The notes beneath the pieces are model-generated. The model did not search any database, was not told the DNA's origin, and saw nothing but the letters and a program-made list of their open reading frames with translations. From Alphaproteobacteria bacterium (GTDB lineage: Bacteria > Pseudomonadota > Alphaproteobacteria > UBA11222), in assembly GCA_040081735.1 (NCBI GenBank), contig JBEBFX010000001.1:1-41188 (forward strand): a DNA stretch of 41,188 bases. The letters are read 5' to 3'. The translations under genes were made by a program, and so were the position numbers. Positions within the stretch are counted from its first letter, which is position 1. Each line of letters starts with the position of its first letter. Positions 26,729 to 33,874 of this stretch are shown piece by piece.

Positions 26729-27313
26729 CTAAATATCAGCTGACATTGCTCTGGCCGCCTGCCGGATGGCGAAGGCAAGTTCACGTAAGTCCTGATCCGA
26801 ATCCTGCGGGAAACTTTCCAAATCGCGCAGGCTATCCGCTTGTTTGACGCCAGCCACCCGCGCCGCGTCATTCATGGGAAAGGTCACGATCGAGATTTCC
26901 CACAAATCTATTTCAAGCAGTGTCCGCACGCCGGTTCGCTCATCCATCCGCGCCCGCACGGTTCTGAAGCCGATGGACAATCCATCAATCGCGCCTGCGC
27001 GCAACAGCGACAGCACCTCGCGGCCCCGCGCCACATCGCCCAACAGACGCCCGCGCACCAACAGGCCGCGCGCATCTTCTGCGATATGCTCCCACACCCC
27101 TATCGGCTCATTCGCATCATGCTGCCACAGCATGCGCACCTGATCCGCCGGCCGCGCCGCCAGCGAGTTTTTGAACGCCCCCGGCGCAACAACATCGCCG
27201 CCAGAATCCGCATTGCCAAAAACACTGGCGTAGCCTTCGATAACGCCATCCTCACCAACGGCGCGCACCTCCGCCCCGGCCAGCTTGACCTCCAGTTGAT
27301 CCTCTACGTGCAT
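26729..27313 (-). CDS. HK97-family prohead protease (GTA g4-like)
   Basis: IEGYASVFGNADSGGDVVAPGAFKNSL is the S78 protease motif. The start is chosen at ATG 27313, with GGGAG 5 nt upstream. The longer track ORF (to 27379) runs through the upstream terminator. Confidence 0.85.
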   Translation of the reverse strand: MHVEDQLEVKLAGAEVRAVGEDGVIEGYASVFGNADSGGDVVAPGAFKNSLAARPADQVRMLWQHDANEPIGVWEHIAEDARGLLVRGRLLGDVARGREVLSLLRAGAIDGLSIGFRTVRARMDERTGVRTLLEIDLWEISIVTFPMNDAARVAGVKQADSLRDLESFPQDSDQDLRELAFAIRQAARAMSADI

Positions 27314-27328
27314 GATAACTCCCGGCAT

Positions 27329-27354
27329 AAAAAAAGCGCCCCGGCTGGAGCGCT
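27329..27354 (-). terminator. Intrinsic terminator closing the inserted two-gene cassette
   Basis: The minus strand reads AGCGCUCC-agcc-GGGGCGCU followed by U7 (plus-strand A-run 27329-27335). It lies directly upstream of the protease RBS. Confidence 0.65.
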
Positions 27355-27435
27355 GTAAATTTTCTTCCCATTCCCTCATTGGGAAAGGGGATGCTTATTC
27401 CGCTTGGCTATATGGCCACCACGATGTTCACTACT

Positions 27436-27987
27436 TCACTTCCTTTGCCGTACTTTTTTTGCAGGCACTTTCTTTGCCTCGACCGGCGTTTCACCGGACT
27501 TGTTCCCCCGCGTAACCAGTATGGAAACGATACTGGCGGCGCCAGCCCCAACCAGCGACATACCCACAGCTGTCGCACCTATGTAAGCGCAATACGCCGC
27601 TCCTGCTATAAAGCCAAAGCTGACTAAGACGCCACTTAGCTGCCCAAAAACTTCACCGAAGGCGCTCCACCTTAAGACCCTGCTCTCAAGGCCTTGCCTG
27701 TGAACCTGCTCTTTTTCCGCCATACTAATGATGCGATTTGCAGAGCCAGAAAGAATTTCTTCATATCCCGCCAGGTGTGCGGGAGGTGGGATTGGTCCCT
27801 GGAACGACTCATACCGTTCCACAGTACGCGTAACAGTCATAACAATCTTATTCTTTGTGTCTTTATTGAGAGACGTTCCCCTAAGTAGAGGCTCAAGTTC
27901 TTCTTCGAGCGCCTCTTTTAGGCCATCCTCATCCGCGTGCTCATTTACTGAGACGGATCGTCCATCGGCGACGGTAGGGTCGCTCAT
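27436..27987 (-). CDS. DUF2335-family membrane protein
   Basis: 183-aa ORF. FQGPIPPPAHLAGYEEILSGSANRIISMAEKEQVHRQ matches the DUF2335 signature. Two C-terminal TM helices are followed by a strongly basic tail (KKVPAKKVRQRK). G+C is lower than in the cluster. Confidence 0.6.
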   Translation of the reverse strand: MSDPTVADGRSVSVNEHADEDGLKEALEEELEPLLRGTSLNKDTKNKIVMTVTRTVERYESFQGPIPPPAHLAGYEEILSGSANRIISMAEKEQVHRQGLESRVLRWSAFGEVFGQLSGVLVSFGFIAGAAYCAYIGATAVGMSLVGAGAASIVSILVTRGNKSGETPVEAKKVPAKKVRQRK

Positions 27988-28265
27988 TTCTTGAATGTAT
28001 GATCTTCAATTGCTGACCAAAGATCCCCGCCAACCTTCGCCCAATCTCCGGCCAGACCTTTACCCTTATAGGCTCGGGCGGATACCGGGGGCATTATTAC
28101 GTTGGCTTGTGCGCTCATCCCCTTCAAGAAACCCCTCTTCAGGCCAGACGTAATTGCGTCAACAACAATACGCCCATCCGAAGCGGTTCTTTTCGCAGTC
28201 TCGCGTTCAGACCGTCTAATACCGTCCTTTGTCAGTGTTTTCATAAAGATTCTCATATAATGCAA
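27984..28265 (-). CDS. Hypothetical small basic protein (first gene of the cassette)
   Basis: 93-aa ORF with a 4-nt overlap with the DUF2335 gene. Alternative ATGs lie at 28256 and 28244. I recognise no family. Confidence 0.35.
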   Translation of the reverse strand: MHYMRIFMKTLTKDGIRRSERETAKRTASDGRIVVDAITSGLKRGFLKGMSAQANVIMPPVSARAYKGKGLAGDWAKVGGDLWSAIEDHTFKK

Positions 28266-28548
28266 TGGGCGATATCGCTAGTTCACTTAATGAATATATA
28301 CCCATAAAGCCTACACTGCAAGACTCGGTTGCTTTTTTACGTCCCAATTTCTATCTAATTGTCAAGTATTTTTTTAAGAAGCTGTAAATTTCGTGGGTCA
28401 TTTGCTTTAAATTGTAGTGTTTCCTAACAAATTGTGGCGGCTCCTCCACCTTTTACAATTCATTTTTCACCACGGGTTTCAGGTATATAATTTCCAACTG
28501 TAAGACTTTACGTCATAAAGTTTCTTTAATTGATTATTTCGAGACACC
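28266..28548 (-). promoter_or_regulatory. AT-rich non-coding region, probably the promoter/operator of the cassette
   Basis: 283 bp with no ORF of 60 aa or more, and far more AT-rich than anything nearby. AATTGT/ACAATT occurs three times (about 28410, 28431, 28455). A TACAAT -10 candidate lies on the minus strand (28416-28411). Confidence 0.4.
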
Positions 28549-28815
28549 CTATCCCCCCTGCATCCGCTCCAGTGTCGCTTCGATGCGTGCCAGCGCCTCC
28601 AGCGTATGACGCAGCTTTTCCTCCTGGCGCACCAGCCGCTCCGACATTTCGGTCTGGAGGGTGGATGCGCTTTCCAGCCGCCGCACCCGCTCGCCCATGC
28701 CGCCCGCCCATATCAGCGCCGTGCCGATCTGCACGCCCAGCAGCACAAACAGCATGACCGGAATTTTGCGGTCGATCCCCCAGCCGGGTTTTTCCGCCCC
28801 GTCAATGGCGCTCAT
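28549..28815 (-). CDS. Small single-pass membrane protein with a coiled-coil tail (g3.5 position)
   Basis: The start is chosen at ATG 28815, with GGGAGG 6 nt upstream. The protein reads MSAIDGAEKPGWGIDRKIPVMLFVLLGVQIGTALIWAGG (TM), followed by a heptad-like RRLES...LEALARIEATLERMQ. Confidence 0.5.
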   Translation of the reverse strand: MSAIDGAEKPGWGIDRKIPVMLFVLLGVQIGTALIWAGGMGERVRRLESASTLQTEMSERLVRQEEKLRHTLEALARIEATLERMQGG

Positions 28816-28834
28816 CCGTAAACCTCCCATTCGT

Positions 28835-30061
28835 TTATGTTTTGTTCTTTAAATCAGCAAGCCGGTCACCCTCTGCGACCGGCGCATATCCCGTAGCGGC
28901 GCGCTTTTCATTGATCGTCAGAAAATCCGCCGCGCGCACCCGCTCCCATAATGAATCCCGGTCCGCCGCCAGCGCCTCCACCTGATCCGCGTCATACCAG
29001 AGCCGCAGCCCCGGCCCAAAGCGCGGCCCCAGCCACTGGGTCATCGCTGCGCACGCCTTGCCCGCCAGCGGCAAAATGGTCTGCCGGTGAAACGCAAGAT
29101 TGGCTTCCCGGTAATTGGCGTAGGTATTGTCGCCCTGTATGCCCAGCAGCATCGGCGGCACCCCGAACGCCAGCGCGATCTCGCGCGCCGCCACATGTTT
29201 GGACTGAATGAAATCCATATCCTTCGGATTGAACGACATTTCCTTCCAGTCCAGCCCGCCTTCCAGCAGCAGCGGGCGTCCTGCATTGGCCGGTCCCTGA
29301 TAATTGTCCGACAATTCCTGCTTGAGACGCGACAGCTGATCCTGGCTTAAATTTGCACTGCCATCCGCGCCATGATAAATCAGCGCGCCCGAGGGCCGCG
29401 CGCCATTATCCAGCAGCGCCTTGTTCCATCCCGCCGCGGCGTTATGAAGATCAATGCCCAGCGCCGCCGCCTCGATGGGCGAGAATCCGTAATGATCGTT
29501 ACTCGGGTGAAACAGACGCATATGCAGAATGGGCGCGCGCCCGCGCGCGGCGTCCATCTCGAAGCGCACACTTTTACCGCCTGTGGAATATTCATAGGCG
29601 GCCGGCCATCCACGCGCGCCCGGTATCACTTTCATCCGGTCCGGACGCAGCACATATAATTCGCGCACCGCCCCGCGCAGATCGGCGGCCTCAATATAGG
29701 CGTTGCCTGCAATCTGCAAAAACCCGAACCAGGCTTCTTTCATCTCGATGCCGCTCTGCAACGGGTTTGGCCGCGCCAGCAGGCTCAACAGCGGATGCGT
29801 GTCCAGCTCCCGCTCGCGCCCGCCCGTGTTTTCATACAATATCCACGGCACGGCGGCGGCGGTTTCACTGATCATCCGTACACAACGATAAGCGATGGCG
29901 TTGCGCGCAAAACCCTCCTGCGCCAGATCGCCATAGTGGCGCGGCGTCCATACCGGCGTCCCCTGGCCATGAAGGGCGATCAGGGAACCGGCGGCGCTTT
30001 GCTTGGCCGCCATTGGCGGGCGAAAACCAAACCGGCGCAGAATGCTGAATGTGTCTCTCAC
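28835..30061 (-). CDS. HK97-family portal protein (GTA g3-like)
   Basis: 408-aa ORF with the typical pattern YRCVRMISETAAAVPW...GNAYIEA...FSPIEAA...IALAFGVPPMLLG. Confidence 0.9.
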   Translation of the reverse strand: MRDTFSILRRFGFRPPMAAKQSAAGSLIALHGQGTPVWTPRHYGDLAQEGFARNAIAYRCVRMISETAAAVPWILYENTGGRERELDTHPLLSLLARPNPLQSGIEMKEAWFGFLQIAGNAYIEAADLRGAVRELYVLRPDRMKVIPGARGWPAAYEYSTGGKSVRFEMDAARGRAPILHMRLFHPSNDHYGFSPIEAAALGIDLHNAAAGWNKALLDNGARPSGALIYHGADGSANLSQDQLSRLKQELSDNYQGPANAGRPLLLEGGLDWKEMSFNPKDMDFIQSKHVAAREIALAFGVPPMLLGIQGDNTYANYREANLAFHRQTILPLAGKACAAMTQWLGPRFGPGLRLWYDADQVEALAADRDSLWERVRAADFLTINEKRAATGYAPVAEGDRLADLKNKT

Positions 30062-30080
30062 GCTCGCTCCTTTCTATCCA

Positions 30081-31418
30081 TCATAGCCGCAGCACGCGCG
30101 GCTCTCCCGCTTCGCCGGTCAGCATCAATTCCGTCAGCGCCCATACCAGCGCATCGACCCGGTCCGGGCTCCACCCCGCAGCGGCGCGGTTGAATCCCCG
30201 GGTAAATTCCGCCATTTCATCCTCCAGCGCCGGTAATGCGCCGACATGATGCACCCGGCCCTGTTCATACAAGGCGGACACAGGCTCAGCCCGCGCCGCC
30301 TTGCCCCGGCTGGCGCGCACGGACCGCACCGGTAAATTTGGATCAACCTGTCTGATCACCGATTCCACCATGTCGCCGCCCTGGTTGACTTCCGCCACCA
30401 GCCTGTCGGCCTGGAAATCGCGATAGGCGGCCACGGCCCTGCTGGCCCAGACATGGGGCGACACGCCCTGGACCGAATAGTCAGCCAGCACGTAGCCTGC
30501 GCCATCCACCCCAAGCCCCGCCACAATAATCCCGCACGCATCACTATTGGCCGTGCTGGCCGCAGGGGGATCAACGGCCACCACAATGCGCCTCATTTCG
30601 GCGGCGGTTTTCACCCTGCATCTGTCGATCTGCGCCCGGCTCCACAATGCGTCTGGATTATCTTCCAGCAGTTCGGCCAGCAATTCCTGGCGTCCCAGCC
30701 GCGTGCCTTCGTACTGCGCCGTTATGCGATCAAAAAACTGCGGCGCCAGATTTGCGGCGTTGGCGTAACTGGTTGCCCGCGACACCACTGTATGTGCATC
30801 CGCCAGCAGATCGCGCAGCAGGCGTTGCGGACGTGGCGTCGTCGTAATCACCTGGCGCGGATCGGCCCCCAGCCGCAGGCCGAATTGCAGCATGTCCCAG
30901 GTTTCACGGCTGTGCCGCCATTTCGTCAATTCATCCGCCCACGCCCCATCGAACTGCGGACCGCGCAGTCCATCGGGATCTTCGGCGGAAAATAACTGCG
31001 CCTGCGCCCCGTTGGGCCAGATCAGGCGGCGTTTGGACGCTTCATATTTTGGCCGCGCCCAGGCGGGCGAAATGGCCAGAATGCCGCTCTCTCCCTCCAC
31101 CATCACATCGCGCGCGCTGCCGATGGTTTCACCGATCAGCGCGATACGTGACCGCTGTCCACGGCCCAGCGGCGTCTTGCCTGCGACGGATGCGCGCACC
31201 CATTCGGCCCCGGCGCGGGTTTTGCCCGCACCCCGTCCGCCCAGCAATAGCCAGCTTACCCATTTACCATCGGGCGCCAGTTGATCCTCGCGCGCCCAGA
31301 AAGGCCATAACCAGAGAAGCTGCCTGCGCAATCCGGGCGCAAGACCGGCAATAATTTCATCCCTCCGGCGTTGCGGCAGCGAGGCGAGCCAGACGGCGTT
31401 GAACTTCATCCCAGCCAT
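30081..31418 (-). CDS. Terminase large subunit (GTA g2-like)
   Basis: 445-aa ORF with Walker A LLGGRGAGKTRAGAEW, a DE-type Walker B (ADELTKW) and a C-terminal nuclease-like region (VAVDPP...DACGIIVAG). Confidence 0.9.
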   Translation of the reverse strand: MAGMKFNAVWLASLPQRRRDEIIAGLAPGLRRQLLWLWPFWAREDQLAPDGKWVSWLLLGGRGAGKTRAGAEWVRASVAGKTPLGRGQRSRIALIGETIGSARDVMVEGESGILAISPAWARPKYEASKRRLIWPNGAQAQLFSAEDPDGLRGPQFDGAWADELTKWRHSRETWDMLQFGLRLGADPRQVITTTPRPQRLLRDLLADAHTVVSRATSYANAANLAPQFFDRITAQYEGTRLGRQELLAELLEDNPDALWSRAQIDRCRVKTAAEMRRIVVAVDPPAASTANSDACGIIVAGLGVDGAGYVLADYSVQGVSPHVWASRAVAAYRDFQADRLVAEVNQGGDMVESVIRQVDPNLPVRSVRASRGKAARAEPVSALYEQGRVHHVGALPALEDEMAEFTRGFNRAAAGWSPDRVDALVWALTELMLTGEAGEPRVLRL

Positions 31419-31905
31419 CCAGCGCCCCCAAATTATTCTCTGCCATTATGGCGTCCGCTTCAATGACGCTGCCGGGATGGGCGCCGGCTTCACGCTCCAG
31501 CACAATCAGCTTCTCCAGCGCCCGCGCCAGAGATGTCAGAATGTCCGCCGCGCCCTTTTTTTCCGTGGCGCTCATAACTCCCTCATTGGGATGATCCAGA
31601 TGCAGTTCCAGCTCATCCGCCAGCCGGTTGACGATGTTCATCATGCGCGCCAGCGCCCGGGCCGCGTTGACGTCACCCCCGGCCATCGCAAATTTCAGAC
31701 GCCTGTTTTTGATGCTCGGGCGGCGCGCCGGTTTGCCGGGTTTTACAGTATCGCTGGTGCCGGGCCGCGCCCAGCAGCAGCGATTGGCTTTGGCATAAAT
31801 GCTCACCGGCGCCAGCCCATGCTTGCGGGCAATTTCCGGCACCGGCATGGCGCCCGCATGATAGTCCCGCGAAACGGCCTCCCAATCAATCTGACGCTTC
31901 GTCAT
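31357..31905 (-). CDS. HTH protein in the small-terminase (g1) position
   Basis: The start is chosen at ATG 31905, with AGGGAG upstream. MTKRQIDWEAVSRDYHAGAMPVPEIARKHGLAPVSIYAKANRCCW looks like an N-terminal HTH. The gene overlaps terL by ~60 nt. Confidence 0.45.
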   Translation of the reverse strand: MTKRQIDWEAVSRDYHAGAMPVPEIARKHGLAPVSIYAKANRCCWARPGTSDTVKPGKPARRPSIKNRRLKFAMAGGDVNAARALARMMNIVNRLADELELHLDHPNEGVMSATEKKGAADILTSLARALEKLIVLEREAGAHPGSVIEADAIMAENNLGALDGWDEVQRRLARLAAATPEG

Positions 31906-32034
31906 CGTCGCTCCCTGAAAAAATATGGTTACGCACAAGCCACAAAAAAAAGCGTCTCACTTGCGCGGGCGCTTTTCATCGTGTTGCGTGACGTTAGTTC
32001 GTTTTTTGATCAGGTTGAATCGCCTCACCCACTG

Positions 32035-32123
32035 TGTCACCCCGCACTTGTTGCGGGGTCCAGGTACAAAATTACTGGCTTTTCTTTGTGGCTCCTGGAC
32101 CCCGGAATAAATCCGGGGTGACA
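32035..32123. repeat. Pair of REP-like GC hairpins in inverted orientation
   Basis: The sequence is tgtcaccccgcacttgttgcggggtccagg ... cctggaccccggaataaatccggggtgaca. Each half is a 7-bp hairpin. The outer 10-mer (32035-32044/32114-32123) and the inner 11-mer (32054-32064/32094-32104) are also perfectly complementary. Confidence 0.8.
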
Positions 32124-32281
32124 GGCTGAATCCGGGATATGCGTCAATCTGAACAGAAAACGATCTAAATCTGCGTCATGGCCATTGGCCGCCGCCGCGT
32201 CTGAAACACGTCAGGCGGGAGACACACTTTCGACCATGGACAAATGTATACGCTATAGCGTTACGAATAGCAAGCATTATT

Positions 32282-33133
32282 TTACGTATTATGTAAATTA
32301 TTTTCATCTGAAACGTGCACGGTTCGCGGCGAGTGCACCCCGGGCCTGTTTTTTGGCGCGTCCTTCCGGGCAATGCCATAATACGCTGCCAGCCGGTCCA
32401 GAGCGATCCCCAGAACCACCTTGCCCGCCCGCACGGGCCAGCCCAGATGCCGCTCGGCCGCCGCCAGTCCATTCAAATAACAGCATACCTGCAACAATAT
32501 GCCGCCCAGATCGGGGCCGACGGCGTCAATCGCGGCCCATAGCCGGTCCTTGGCGGCGATCATCGTATCGTTCATGCTGGCCTGATCGCTGCCCGCCCCC
32601 CGCCCTGCGCGATTGATTGGCATGCCCCATGACGCGGTTACTCTCGGGGCCAGGTTGGCAAGGGTAAAGTCTCGCCGCAGGCGTTCCCCGGCGGCAAACT
32701 GTTCAATAGTAATCAATGGTTTGCCATGTTTATCTTTATGGCTGACCAGCCATCCCAACGGGCTTTCCGCATGATTGACGCGCACCACAACTGCTTCACC
32801 TTTTTCTGTGCGCTGTTCCTTAAGGTCAAGTATCTGATGCTGGCTGCGATAGGGGGAATCTGGCGCCTGCCTGCGCCGCAGACGCGCGCGCCCCAGCCGG
32901 GAAATACGCCACTCACCAGGTGTCTTGTCCGATGCCAGAATCAGTTCCTCAGTCATCAGCTGGCGAACGGCCTTCTCGCCCGCAACCAGCACAGGCCTGG
33001 CAAATCTGTTCCTGGGGACAAAAACCCCCATCCCGCCCCCGTCCGTCAAGCGGCCAACTGCCTGAAATTCGCCAAGGTGAAACAGAACAGCCTCGACTTC
33101 AGACGTTTTCTCTTTTTTATCGGTGATTTTCAT
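32282..33133 (-). CDS. DUF6456-type protein, candidate GafZ/GafA-C-terminal-like GTA activator
   Basis: 283-aa ORF. ESPLGWLVSHKDKHGKPLITIEQFAAGERLRRDFTLANLAPRVTASW ... DRLWAAIDAVGPDLGGILLQVCCYLNGLAAAERHLGWPVRAGKVVLGIALDRLAAYYGI matches my memory of the alphaproteobacterial DUF6456 pattern. A GAGGT RBS is present. Confidence 0.55.
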   Translation of the reverse strand: MKITDKKEKTSEVEAVLFHLGEFQAVGRLTDGGGMGVFVPRNRFARPVLVAGEKAVRQLMTEELILASDKTPGEWRISRLGRARLRRRQAPDSPYRSQHQILDLKEQRTEKGEAVVVRVNHAESPLGWLVSHKDKHGKPLITIEQFAAGERLRRDFTLANLAPRVTASWGMPINRAGRGAGSDQASMNDTMIAAKDRLWAAIDAVGPDLGGILLQVCCYLNGLAAAERHLGWPVRAGKVVLGIALDRLAAYYGIARKDAPKNRPGVHSPRTVHVSDENNLHNT

Positions 33134-33278
33134 AACATACCTCTATAAGATGCAGGTTTATATTCCTTTTATAGGACTTATTGCTGAATTACAAGTTAAA
33201 AATATTTCCTATAACATTCGTTTAATTTTGTTATATTCTCGTTTATCGTAAATTTATTGATTCGGAACATTCTGGTTC
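33134..33278. promoter_or_regulatory. AT-rich divergent control region with repeated CTATAA half-sites
   Basis: CTATAA occurs at 33143-33148 and 33209-33214, and inverted (TTATAG) at 33169-33174. Two of these are embedded in TCCTATAA. The region lies between the divergent activator-like and repressor-like genes. Confidence 0.5.
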
Positions 33279-33857
33279 ATGCATAATAAAATCCGTCATT
33301 ACCGTAAACAGCGTGGCTTGACGCTGGCCTCGCTCGGGGCCGCCATCGGCCTGACGCCGCAATCCGTATCGCGCATTGAAACTGACAAAATGCGGCTGTC
33401 CACCGTGTGGATGGAACGCATCGGGGCTGCGCTGAATGTCAGCCCGGTGGATCTGATTGAGGCCGCCCTCCCCGGCGGCGGGGCCGAATTGATCGGCGAG
33501 ATCGGCGCAAATGGCGCCTGCGCCCCGCTTGATCCGCAACCCTTCCGGATGGCGCTTCCCGGACCGGACACCAAGGTCATCCGGCTGGCGCGCGCCTGCG
33601 GGCCGTATCGCGCCGGGGAATATCTGGTGTGCACCCGGCTTCCGGAACCCCGGCATGAAACAGCGCTAGGGCTTGATTGTCTTGTTGAATTAACCGGCGG
33701 CGCCCGGAACTTATGCCGCGTCGTGACACAATCCGCCAAACCGGGAAAAGTCAAAACCTTCACATTGGCGGGGATCGATTCGGGAAGCTGGGTGTTGCGC
33801 AAACAGCGGATCGCCTGGATCGCCCCGGTGCGCATGCGCCTGCAATTCACCGCCTGA
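33279..33857 (+). CDS. XRE-family HTH regulator with a cI/LexA-like C-terminal domain
   Basis: 192-aa ORF. The HTH is IRHYRKQRGLTLASLGAAIGLTPQSVSRIETDKMRLSTVWMERIGAALNVSPVDL. The C-terminal beta-rich domain is laid out like peptidase S24, but I cannot find the GxSM...K catalytic pattern. Confidence 0.7.
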   Translation: MHNKIRHYRKQRGLTLASLGAAIGLTPQSVSRIETDKMRLSTVWMERIGAALNVSPVDLIEAALPGGGAELIGEIGANGACAPLDPQPFRMALPGPDTKVIRLARACGPYRAGEYLVCTRLPEPRHETALGLDCLVELTGGARNLCRVVTQSAKPGKVKTFTLAGIDSGSWVLRKQRIAWIAPVRMRLQFTA

Positions 33858-33874
33858 CCAAAACCCCCAAACCT

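Larger units (their letters stand above)
11444..33857 (-). mobile_element. GTA-type / defective siphovirus-like head-tail cluster with cargo and its own regulatory pair
   Basis: There is an uninterrupted series of tightly spaced or overlapping minus-strand genes in RcGTA g1-g15 order, plus extras. No integrase, replication genes or att repeats are detectable. The region is flanked by housekeeping genes (DUF2141/lptFG side and the glutamine-synthetase side). Confidence 0.75.

Noticed and set aside
31357-31418. The ~60-nt overlap between the terS-like and terL ORFs, considered as a second programmed frameshift
   Set aside because: I saw no X XXY YYZ heptamer or downstream structure in the overlap. 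The terL frame has its own in-frame ATGs (31418 and 31409), so ordinary overlapping genes are the simpler explanation.
31944-31976. A8-stem-T4 structure in the terS leader, considered as a terminator or attenuator
   Set aside because: The stem is only 6 bp and relies on two G-U pairs on the plus strand. Those become A-C mismatches on the transcribed minus strand, so the structure is too weak to call.
32282-32296. TTAC-N7-GTAA palindrome, considered as a CtrA box upstream of the cluster
   Set aside because: The CtrA consensus is TTAA-N7-TTAA(C). This site differs in both half-sites and overlaps the stop codon of the DUF6456 gene. I found no exact TTAA-N7-TTAA in the two AT-rich control regions.
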